Shown here piece after piece: positions 14,327-22,363 of a stretch of 24,530 nt of DNA. The stretch is from Nitrospinota bacterium (GTDB lineage: Bacteria; UBA8248), in NCBI GenBank assembly GCA_030754595.1, contig JASLZZ010000068.1, positions 1 to 24,530 on the forward strand, in the 5' to 3' direction. The translations under genes and the position numbers were made by a program. Below the pieces are notes generated by a model. The model did no database searches. It saw only the letters and a list, made by a program, of their open reading frames with translations, and was not told the DNA's origin. Position 1 is the first letter of the stretch, and every line of letters starts with the position of its first letter.

Positions 14327-14982
14327 GTCCGGGAAAAAAGCTTCGCATATTGGTTTTGGCTTCGGGGAGGGGCTCGAACCTCCAAACCCTTCTGGACGCG
14401 GTTGTGGAGCCCGACTATCCCGCCGAAATTTCGGGGGTGTTCAGCGACAAATCAGACGCCCAGGCGCTTGAGCGGGCGAGGAAGGCGGGAGTGCCCGCCG
14501 TCTGGATTGATCCCGCGGGGGAGGACTACGAGGATCGGCTCGCCGCCGAGATCGAAGCCGTGGGCTGCGATCTCATCTGTTGCGCCGGATATATGAAAAT
14601 CCTCTCTCCGGCGTTCGTGGCCCGTTTTCCGGATAAAATCATCAATATTCACCCCTCGCTTTTGCCGAGTTTTCCCGGCCTCCACGGCCAGAGGAAGGCT
14701 CTGCGCGCGGGAGTACGGGTTACCGGGTGCACCGTTCATTTTATCGACGAGGGGGTGGATACCGGTCCCATCATCTTGCAGGCGGCCGTCCCGGTTCTGC
14801 CGGAGGACACTGAGGAGACGCTTTCGGCGAGAATCCTCTGGTTCGAACACCGGATATATCCGTTGGCGGTCCGCCTGATCGCAGGGGGGCGGGTCCATCG
14901 GGAAGGAACCCGGGTCCGTCTAAGCGGAGTGGAGGTCAACCAGGAGGGCGGTTTTATCTCCCCGCCGATAAACATTCTATAG
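14323..14982 (+). CDS. purN: Phosphoribosylglycinamide formyltransferase
   Basis: LASGRGSNL, AGYMKIL, INIHPSLLP, GCTVHF, VDTGPII, EH..YP. ATGA overlap with purM. Confidence 0.96.
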   Translation: MSPGKKLRILVLASGRGSNLQTLLDAVVEPDYPAEISGVFSDKSDAQALERARKAGVPAVWIDPAGEDYEDRLAAEIEAVGCDLICCAGYMKILSPAFVARFPDKIINIHPSLLPSFPGLHGQRKALRAGVRVTGCTVHFIDEGVDTGPIILQAAVPVLPEDTEETLSARILWFEHRIYPLAVRLIAGGRVHREGTRVRLSGVEVNQEGGFISPPINIL

Positions 14983-15055
14983 GAACACCTTCAGTTATTT
15001 TTCTTAGTAGTTGTTTTAAAATAAGTTATCCGTTTTCTTTGAGGCAGGTGAATTG

Positions 15056-15862
15056 ATGCGCCCAATGGGTATTTTCGGGTTTTTGCCCCTCCTGAAACTT
15101 TGCCGGATTATGCCGCTTCGCCTTGGGCTCGTTGCTTTGCTCGGGATTGTTTTGGGTTTTACCGCCGGGCCAGCCAAAGGCGCGCCAGCCGAGGGCGCTG
15201 GGAATGAGGGCGCCCCCAGGGGAGAGGTCCGAACCTCCAGGACTGAGGAGATCGTTTCCCGCATCCAGCAACAATACGAGGCCACGCGGAAGCTTCAGGC
15301 CGATTTCGACCAGGAGAATCACTTGCGTTCCCTGGGCCGGGTCACCCGGTCGAGAGGGCGAATCCATCTCAACAAACCGGGCAAAATTCGAGCCGAATAT
15401 CTTGAGCCCGAAAAACAAATTGTTGTGTCCAACGGAAAACGCCTTTGGATATATACGCCCCGCCTCAAGCAGGTTATTGTGAGCGATTTGGGGGGCCCCG
15501 GCCGGGCTCCCGTGCCGTTGCTCTTTCTCGCCGGAAAGGGGAATCTAAGGCGCGACTTCCTCGTTACACTTCTGGACGAGGGTGTTCCCCCCAGAAAAGG
15601 GGGCGTTTGGCGGGCTGGACAGCCCCACCGCCTTTCACTCAAACCCAAACACCCGGGCTCCGGGTTCCAGAAGATGTGGCTCGAGGCCGACGCCGAGAGC
15701 TACCAGATTACGGGTATCGAATATTCCGATGTGTTGGGCAACAAAACGCGCATCCTTTTTTCACGCCTAAGGGAAGGCGTTTCCGTCTCTCCGGGCCTTT
15801 TCGAGTTTGACATCCCGCCAGGTGTAGAGGTATTGAAAAACCCCGGCGCGAAACGCCGCTAA
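15056..15862 (+). CDS. lolA: Outer-membrane lipoprotein carrier LolA
   Basis: Signal peptide, LQADFDQ, G-x-I-x-L-x-KPGKIR-x-EY-x-EP-x-KQ, VSNGK-x-LWIY-x-P-x-LKQV, D-x-LGN-x-T and FEF-x-IP-x-GV. Start uncertain (15053, 15056, 15065 or 15110). Confidence 0.85.
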   Translation: MRPMGIFGFLPLLKLCRIMPLRLGLVALLGIVLGFTAGPAKGAPAEGAGNEGAPRGEVRTSRTEEIVSRIQQQYEATRKLQADFDQENHLRSLGRVTRSRGRIHLNKPGKIRAEYLEPEKQIVVSNGKRLWIYTPRLKQVIVSDLGGPGRAPVPLLFLAGKGNLRRDFLVTLLDEGVPPRKGGVWRAGQPHRLSLKPKHPGSGFQKMWLEADAESYQITGIEYSDVLGNKTRILFSRLREGVSVSPGLFEFDIPPGVEVLKNPGAKRR

Positions 15863-15901
15863 GGTCGAGACGCCGCTGACATGACATCAGAGGATTTCTA
15901 A

Positions 15902-17038
15902 ATGGCATCCCAATTTTTTGAGTTGATCCCCCAGATTAGCGAGTGGTTCTTCAGTTTCGGGTACGCGGTTTACGGGATGATACTCGTCCTCGGCGTCCTC
16001 ATCTTTATTCACGAACTGGGCCACTATTTGGTCGCCAAGCTACTGGGCATCGGCGTCACCACCTTTTCCCTGGGTTTCGGCTGCAAAATCTGGGGTTTCC
16101 AGAGGGGAGAAACCGAATACAAGCTATCGATTCTCCCGCTGGGCGGCTACGTGAAACTCGTGGGCGAGGACCCCGAAGCGAGCGAGGAGGACCCCGACGA
16201 GCCGGCCGAGCCCGAGGACCCGGAAAAATCGTTCTACCTCAGGCCCGTTCACCAGCGAATGGCCGTCATCTTCGCGGGGCCTCTGTTCAATATCCTTTTC
16301 GCCCTGGTTTTGAGCTGGATATTGCACATGGTGGGCATCCCCGTGCCGGGGACCTGGGTCGGCGAGGTGATGCCTAAAACACCGGCGCAAACGGCCGGCC
16401 TCCGGGCTGACGACAGAATCATCGCCGTCGGTGGCCAGTCCGTCCGCAAATGGACGGAACTGGTCGAAATTATTCGCAAAAACACCAACAAACAAATCAC
16501 CCTCAAAATCGAGCGCGGGGGCCGGACCCTCGAACTGCCGATCACGCCCACCTCAAAAACCGCGAAAGGCAAGGACATCGGCTACGGGCGAATCGGGATC
16601 CGCATGTCCGAGCGCGTCTACAAAGAACGCTACGGACCCATCGACAGCGCATACCAGAGCCTGCGCCGCAACTACTACATCATCCGGCTGACGGTCGCGA
16701 CGCTCTACGGGATGATGGCTCGCACCGTTCCGGCTGATATCGGCGGCCCGATTCGCATCGCGGGCTTCGCCGGGGAGCAAGCCAAGCGCGGGCTGGCCTA
16801 TATCGTCGGTCTTTCGATTCTGCTCAGCCTGAATCTGGCCATCCTGAACCTGCTGCCGATTCCGATTCTCGATGGCGGGCACTTGGTTTTTCTCGCCCTC
16901 GAGGGCTTGAGGGGAAAACCCGTAAGCCTCCGCTTCCGGGATATGTCCGCACAGGTGGGCATAGTGCTGTTGATCGGGGTGATGCTCTTCGCCACCTACA
17001 AAGACAGCATGTATTATTTCGTCAAATGGACGCAGTAA
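15902..17038 (+). CDS. rseP: RIP metalloprotease RseP (site-2 protease, one PDZ domain)
   Basis: IFIHELGH zinc motif, FSLGFG, PLGGYVK, AGPLFN, PDZ (TPAQTAGLRADDRI) and NLLPIPILDGG. Confidence 0.95.
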   Translation: MASQFFELIPQISEWFFSFGYAVYGMILVLGVLIFIHELGHYLVAKLLGIGVTTFSLGFGCKIWGFQRGETEYKLSILPLGGYVKLVGEDPEASEEDPDEPAEPEDPEKSFYLRPVHQRMAVIFAGPLFNILFALVLSWILHMVGIPVPGTWVGEVMPKTPAQTAGLRADDRIIAVGGQSVRKWTELVEIIRKNTNKQITLKIERGGRTLELPITPTSKTAKGKDIGYGRIGIRMSERVYKERYGPIDSAYQSLRRNYYIIRLTVATLYGMMARTVPADIGGPIRIAGFAGEQAKRGLAYIVGLSILLSLNLAILNLLPIPILDGGHLVFLALEGLRGKPVSLRFRDMSAQVGIVLLIGVMLFATYKDSMYYFVKWTQ

Positions 17039-17057
17039 GGCCCGGGACAAAGGCGGC

Positions 17058-18335
17058 ATGATGGAAGAGTGGTCGGCTCAACACTTCACGGACAGCGTAT
17101 TCCACGAAAAACAGGTTCCGGGCGTGGGTCTTTCGCCCCGCGATCAGGCGGCGGAAGCCGCCAGTCTTCCCATCTGGAATCCATCTGAGCCCGGGGACGA
17201 TGCGGTACCTTGCAGCGACCCGGTCCAGTTCGTCCTGGCTCGCCGGAAGAGCCGCCAGATTTCCGTTCGCGGCATCAAGGTGGGCGGCGGCGCCCCCGTC
17301 GCCGTCCAGTCGATGTGCAACACGCTCACCCACGACATCGAGGCGACCGTCGGGCAAATCGGCCGGCTCGCGGAGGCCGGCTGTGAAATTGTCCGCGTGG
17401 CGGTCCCCGACGAGCGGGCGGCGAGGGCGCTGCCCGAGATCAAGCGCAGGACCAGCCTGCCTCTTGTCGCCGACATTCATTTCGACTACCGGCTCGCCCT
17501 GATGGCGGCCGACGCCGGAGTGGACTGCCTGCGAATCAACCCGGGAAACATCAACGGGGAGGACCGCGTGAGCGAAGTTGTCGCCTCCGCGAATGATCAC
17601 GGAATTCCGATCCGGGTCGGTGTGAACGCCGGTTCGCTCGAGAAAAACCTCCTCGATCGCTACGGGGGCGCCACCCCGCAAGCAATCGTCGAAAGCGGAT
17701 TGCGACACATCTCCATGCTCGAGAAGCGGGGCTTCTACGAGACCAAGATTTCCCTGAAAGCCTCCGACGTCGCGCGCACCGTCGTCGCCTACCGCCTGAT
17801 GGCCGAGCGGGTGGACTATCCTCTCCACCTGGGTATCACCGAAAGCGGCAGCCTGCGGACGGGGAGCATCAAATCGGCCGTGGGGCTGGGAATCCTCCTC
17901 TCCGAGGGGATTGGAGACACCCTGCGCGTCTCGCTCGCCTCCGATCCGGTGGACGAAGTGAGTGTCGCCTACGGAATTCTCAAGAGCCTCCGGCTCAGGC
18001 AAAAAGGCATAAACGTCGTGGCTTGCCCCTCCTGCGGACGGGTTCAGATCGATGTGGATAAACTCACGCTCGAAATCGAAAAAGATTTGGCCCATATCGA
18101 TGCGCCGATCACGGTGGCCGTCATGGGTTGCGAGGTGAACGGCCCCGGTGAGGCGCGCGAGGCCGATATCGGTGTGGCCGGAGGCCACAGGCGGGCCCTG
18201 ATCTTCATGAAGGGCGAAAAAATGGGACTCGTCGAGTACGCCGATATCAAGAAGAATCTCGTGCGCGAGGTCGAGGAGCTGGCGGCCAGAATGACAGTGG
18301 ATTCCGTGGATGCCCCCGGCGACGGGGACACTTGA
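17058..18335 (+). CDS. ispG: 4-hydroxy-3-methylbut-2-en-1-yl diphosphate synthase
   Basis: VQSM, GCEIVRVAVP, LVADIHFD, RINPGN, RVGVNAGSL, HLGITE, GIGDTLRVSL, and Fe-S ligand motifs CPSCGR and MGCEVNGPGE. Confidence 0.96.
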   Translation: MMEEWSAQHFTDSVFHEKQVPGVGLSPRDQAAEAASLPIWNPSEPGDDAVPCSDPVQFVLARRKSRQISVRGIKVGGGAPVAVQSMCNTLTHDIEATVGQIGRLAEAGCEIVRVAVPDERAARALPEIKRRTSLPLVADIHFDYRLALMAADAGVDCLRINPGNINGEDRVSEVVASANDHGIPIRVGVNAGSLEKNLLDRYGGATPQAIVESGLRHISMLEKRGFYETKISLKASDVARTVVAYRLMAERVDYPLHLGITESGSLRTGSIKSAVGLGILLSEGIGDTLRVSLASDPVDEVSVAYGILKSLRLRQKGINVVACPSCGRVQIDVDKLTLEIEKDLAHIDAPITVAVMGCEVNGPGEAREADIGVAGGHRRALIFMKGEKMGLVEYADIKKNLVREVEELAARMTVDSVDAPGDGDT

Positions 18336-20056
18336 TGCGATTCAGCAAGGCCTTTTTTCCCACACTCAAGGAAGCGCCCGCAGAAGCCGAGGTGGTGAGT
18401 CACCGCCTGATGATGCGGGCGGCGATGATCAGACGGCTCGCCGCCGGCGTCTACACCCTCCTTCCGCTCGGCGTCCGGGCCCAGCGCAAGGTCGAGCAAA
18501 TCTGCCGCGAGGAACTCGACCGCGCCGGCGCGCAGGAGGTTTTCCTCCCCACCCTCAACCCGGCCGAGCTCTGGCAACAATCCGGGCGCTGGGATGCTTA
18601 CGGCAAGGAGCTCATCCGCCTCCAGGACCGCCACGGAAGGGATTTTTGCCTCGGGCCGACACACGAGGAGGTCATCACTAATCTCGTCAGCCGCGAGGTC
18701 AGAAGCTACCGGGATCTGCCCCAGAATCTCTATCAGATACAGACCAAATTCCGGGACGAGATCCGCCCGCGCTTCGGGGTCATGCGGGGGCGTGAATTCA
18801 CGATGAAGGACGGCTACAGCTTCGACCGCGACGAGAAGGGGGCCGAGGAGAGTTATGGGCTGATGGTCGAGGCCTACAAGCGCATTTTTCGGCGCTGCGG
18901 CCTGACCTTCGGCGTCGCCGCCGCCGACTCGGGCGCCATCGGCGGGAGTTTTTCCCACGAGTTCATGGTGATGGCCGACACCGGCGAGGAGGCGATCTCC
19001 GTCTGCGGAAAATGCGGCTACTCGGCGAACGTCGAAAAAACGCCGGTCGAGATATCCTTACCCGATAACGGGGGCGGAGAGCTTGAAAAGGTTCACACGC
19101 CTGGCGCCCACACCGTGAACGAGGTGGCTTCGTTTCTCGATCTTCCGCCCGAGCAGGTCACCAAGACGCTTCTCTATATGGCGGACGATGAGCCCGCCGC
19201 CCTGATGATTCCCGGGCACAGGGAATTGAACGAGATCAAGGCGAAGAACGCCCTGGGCGCGGCGGCGCTTTTTCTCGCCGATGCGGCGGAAGTGGAGCGG
19301 CTCACGAAGGCGGCGGTCGGTTTCGCCGGGCCCGTCGGCTTGGACGAGGTCCGCATCGTCGCCGATAACTCCCTGAAGGGAAGGGGAGGACTTGTCCTCG
19401 GGGCCAACGAGACCGATCATCATTACACCGGCGGCGAGGAGGGGAGGGATTTCCGGGCTGACGCCTTCGCCGATTTGACGCTTGCCGAGGAGGGCGACCC
19501 TTGCGCCGAATGCGGAGAGCCGATGAATATCCGGCGGGGCATCGAGGTCGGCCATGTGTTCAAGCTGGGCTGCAAATACAGTGAGGCGCTCGAGGCGAAT
19601 TACCTGGACGAAAACGGGGAGACGAAAACCGTCGTCATGGGGTGCTACGGTATCGGCATCGGACGGACGGTGGCAGCCGCCATCGAGCAGAATCACGACG
19701 AGAACGGCATAATCTGGCCCACCCCCATCGCCCCTTATCACGTTGACATCGTATTGGTGAACATGAAGGACGCGGTATGCCGCGGGGAGGCGGAAAAGCT
19801 CTACACCACCCTCGGCGGGCTGGGCGTCGAGGCCGTTCTGGACGATCGGGACGAGCGCGCCGGGGTCAAGTTCAAGGACGCGGATTTAATCGGGTTTCCC
19901 TGTCTGGTGATCGTCGGTCCCAAAGGCATTAAAGAAGGTCAGGTGGAGGTGAAATCTAGAAAAACCGGGGAGCGGGAGTTCCTGCCCCTGGAGGGCGCGG
20001 CCGAGGTCATCAGGGCTAGGATTCTGGGAGAGATTGAAGCATTTGCCTCGTCCTGA
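18335..20056 (+). CDS. proS: Proline--tRNA ligase (bacterial type with INS editing domain)
   Basis: PTLKE.P.EAE..SH, LGPTHEE, KFRDEIRPRFG, REF.MKD.YSF, editing domain with GFAGP, GIEVGHVF, MGCYGIG and GVKFKDADLIG. TGATG overlap with ispG. Confidence 0.97.
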   Translation: MRFSKAFFPTLKEAPAEAEVVSHRLMMRAAMIRRLAAGVYTLLPLGVRAQRKVEQICREELDRAGAQEVFLPTLNPAELWQQSGRWDAYGKELIRLQDRHGRDFCLGPTHEEVITNLVSREVRSYRDLPQNLYQIQTKFRDEIRPRFGVMRGREFTMKDGYSFDRDEKGAEESYGLMVEAYKRIFRRCGLTFGVAAADSGAIGGSFSHEFMVMADTGEEAISVCGKCGYSANVEKTPVEISLPDNGGGELEKVHTPGAHTVNEVASFLDLPPEQVTKTLLYMADDEPAALMIPGHRELNEIKAKNALGAAALFLADAAEVERLTKAAVGFAGPVGLDEVRIVADNSLKGRGGLVLGANETDHHYTGGEEGRDFRADAFADLTLAEEGDPCAECGEPMNIRRGIEVGHVFKLGCKYSEALEANYLDENGETKTVVMGCYGIGIGRTVAAAIEQNHDENGIIWPTPIAPYHVDIVLVNMKDAVCRGEAEKLYTTLGGLGVEAVLDDRDERAGVKFKDADLIGFPCLVIVGPKGIKEGQVEVKSRKTGEREFLPLEGAAEVIRARILGEIEAFASS

Positions 20057-20098
20057 TGCGTCGGCCTGATGCGGGGCCCTCGCTGCTTTCGGGAAAAC

Positions 20099-20128
20099 TT
20101 GACGTTTCCTCCTCCAAACCCTTATATT
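20099..20128 (+). promoter_or_regulatory. Candidate sigma70 promoter upstream of the small Cys-rich ORF and tRNA
   Basis: TTGACG (20099-20104), 18-bp spacer, TATATT (20123-20128), in the intergenic region after proS. Confidence 0.6.
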
Positions 20129-20217
20129 TACTCGCCGCTCGCCAAAGGAAGGCGCCTTTCGGGTGAAAAAACCGGAGGGGTCGGCTTGGTGGTGTTTCGG
20201 CAGGAAGGACGGACGCT

Positions 20218-20406
20218 GTGGCGTCTCCCGGAATTCGCGAATGCGTGGTTTGCGCTTGGCGAGAAACCTGCCGCCTGAAATGGAGAAACGAACCGAGCGG
20301 GGCGCTTCATTGTCCCGAGTTCACTTTTGACCTGCGGTTCGCCCAGAAGCAGCCGCAAGCGGAAAATCATCTCGAACACCCTTCCGAACAGGGGGCCAGT
20401 GAGTAA
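20218..20406 (+). CDS. Small hypothetical 4-Cys protein (62 aa)
   Basis: GTG start with GGAAGG SD and an upstream promoter. Motif C9-x2-C12-AWR-x2-C18-x13-C32-PEF. Fits the gap between proS and the tRNA. Confidence 0.65.
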   Translation: MASPGIRECVVCAWRETCRLKWRNEPSGALHCPEFTFDLRFAQKQPQAENHLEHPSEQGASE

Positions 20407-20580
20407 TGCGACGGGAAATCGAAATCCTAATCTTGGTATTTCTCGGTTATATGTGTCTGATGCTCGGGCTTCGGATGGAAGACATCGGGTTCCGGGTATT
20501 TTTCTATATTCTTTCCGGAATGTTCGTCCTCGCGATCTTTCGTCCGAAGGTACAGCCCTGAATCGGACGATTTTTCTCCC

Positions 20581-20657
20581 GGCGGTGTAGCTCAAGCGGT
20601 TAGAGCACGCGGCTCATATCCGCGGTGTTGGGGGTTCGAGTCCCTCCACCGCCACCA
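20581..20657 (+). tRNA. tRNA with CAT anticodon, most likely elongator tRNA-Met
   Basis: Acceptor GGCGGTG/CACCGCC plus A-CCA. D arm GCTC/GAGC. Anticodon stem CGCGG/CCGCG with loop CTCATAT (CAT at 20615-20617). T arm GGGGG-TTCGAGT-CCCTC. G1-C72 is paired, so it is not the initiator. Confidence 0.93.
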
Positions 20658-20687
20658 GATAAAATCGCCGGACGATGAGGGGGCGCT

Positions 20688-22253
20688 ATGCCCGACAATC
20701 TCTCCGAAAGGCGTTCGTCCGATATTATCCGCGATTTCGAGGCCAAGGTCCGAAAGGGTTGCCTGCGCTCGGGGCTCACGGATGTCAAAGGCCACCTTCT
20801 CGTTGGGTTTTCCGGCGGCGCCGACTCGACCGCACTGTTGTTATCCCTAAAATCCCTGATGTCCGGCGGCGGCCGCTGGCCGGCCTCTCTTGTCGCCGTT
20901 CACGTCGAACACGGGCTCCGGCACGGCTCCTCGGAGCGTGATGCCCGCCATGCGGAGGAATTTTGCCAAAGCCATAAAATCTCCTTCCGCCGGGTCGGCG
21001 TCAGAGTCGAAGAATCCGGTGGACGCGGGCTCGAGGACGCCGCTCGGAGGGCGCGGCGCCGGGCATTTGTCGATGCCGCCCGGGAAACGGGAGCGAGGGC
21101 CGTCGCGCTGGCCCATACCCAGGACGATCAGGCCGAAACGGTCTTGATGCACCTCTTCGAGGGCGCCGGTGTGCGGGGAATCGCCGGCATTCGCCCCAGA
21201 AACCGATTGGAGGTGGGTCCACCAGGCAAGGGAGATCCCTCTAATGCCGGGGAACCTAGCGCGTCTAACATTCCGGAGATCGAGATCTTTCGTCCGCTCC
21301 TCGAAATTTCCCGCACGGAAATCGAGGACTATTTGAGGGCCCGTGACACCGGCTGGGTCGAGGACGAGAGCAACGCCAACGAGACCCGGCTGAGAAATCT
21401 TGTCAGAAGACAGGTTATCCCCATCATCCGGAAAAATATGGGGACAGGTGTCATCGGACGGATTGCGGGCAGCGCCAATCATGCGGCGGATGCCGCGGAG
21501 GCCTTGATTAAGGCGGTTGATGATGCGAGAAATTCCTTTCTATCGGAAGAAAATAGAAGGGTTCGCCTCGCGCCGGTGACTGGATTCATCCTCTTGCCCA
21601 GGGCCGTTCGGGCGGGCGTCTGGGCGGCGGCGCTGGATAGGGTCGATCAGCCTGGAGGGAGGCGGCGCGCCCTTGAGCGGCTTATCGAGAATCTCGATCA
21701 CCTGGCGGTTGAGGAAAGTCCATCCGCGCAGGTTAGCCTGGCCGGGGGAATGGCCGCATGGCGCCGCTACGACGCCATTTATATGGGGCCCGAGAGCGAA
21801 TACGCTCCTCCACCGCAGGGCGAAGTTCCCCTCGCCATTCCAGGCCGCACCCGCCACGAGGAACTTGGACTAGAGATCGATGCCGAGTTGGGCGAATACG
21901 AGCAATTTCAAGAGGGTGGAGAAGATTCCGGCGGCAAAATGACCGCTTTGTTCGACCCCGCTCTTTTGCCAAAGGGAATCGTTCTCAGAAACCGCCGCGC
22001 CGGAGACCGCTTCAGGCCGGCCGGGGCCCCGGGGGAGCGAAAGTTAAAGGAATTTTTCATTGACCGGAAAATCCCTCGCCCGGAGCGGGATTTCATTCCG
22101 ATTCTGGCCTTTGAAAGGAAGGTTATCTGGGTGGTCGGCCAAGCCGTCTCGGGCAGATATCAAGGAGGGGTCGCTTCGGTTCAGGCCACCCCTCGCCATG
22201 GGAAAAGATTAATTCTAAAGGCGAGGTTATTTCGAAAAACCTTTGAAAAATGA
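20688..22253 (+). CDS. tilS: tRNA(Ile)-lysidine synthetase
   Basis: PP-loop SGGADS, HGLR, E-x-AAR-x-AR, AHTQDDQAETVL, RPLL, EDESN, RN-x-VR. C-terminal TilS_C motif (R-x3-GDRF..G.RKLKEFFID.KIP..ER..IP). Confidence 0.94.
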   Translation: MPDNLSERRSSDIIRDFEAKVRKGCLRSGLTDVKGHLLVGFSGGADSTALLLSLKSLMSGGGRWPASLVAVHVEHGLRHGSSERDARHAEEFCQSHKISFRRVGVRVEESGGRGLEDAARRARRRAFVDAARETGARAVALAHTQDDQAETVLMHLFEGAGVRGIAGIRPRNRLEVGPPGKGDPSNAGEPSASNIPEIEIFRPLLEISRTEIEDYLRARDTGWVEDESNANETRLRNLVRRQVIPIIRKNMGTGVIGRIAGSANHAADAAEALIKAVDDARNSFLSEENRRVRLAPVTGFILLPRAVRAGVWAAALDRVDQPGGRRRALERLIENLDHLAVEESPSAQVSLAGGMAAWRRYDAIYMGPESEYAPPPQGEVPLAIPGRTRHEELGLEIDAELGEYEQFQEGGEDSGGKMTALFDPALLPKGIVLRNRRAGDRFRPAGAPGERKLKEFFIDRKIPRPERDFIPILAFERKVIWVVGQAVSGRYQGGVASVQATPRHGKRLILKARLFRKTFEK

Positions 22254-22291
22254 TCATGTTGGGCGAAATCCGAGCACCCGGATCTAATAGA

Positions 22292-22320
22292 TGGACGAAT
22301 GAGCCAAATCCTGTTAACTT
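22292..22320 (+). promoter_or_regulatory. Candidate sigma70 promoter for ftsH
   Basis: TGGACG (22292-22297), 17-bp spacer, extended -10 TG-t-TAACTT (22312-22320). Confidence 0.4.
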
Positions 22321-22363
22321 TTGCCGGTTGACGCCGTCTTTTCCTTTAATTTGAGAGAATGTT

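Noticed and set aside
14983..15052. AT-rich purN-lolA intergenic region as an sRNA or foreign DNA
   Set aside because: Only 70 nt. It contains TAAAAT but no convincing -35 or hairpin, and is most simply an ordinary promoter region.
20052..20073. Repeated CCTGATGCG resembling enterobacterial REP elements
   Set aside because: Only two 9-bp direct copies, with no REP palindrome and no further copies noticed in the window.
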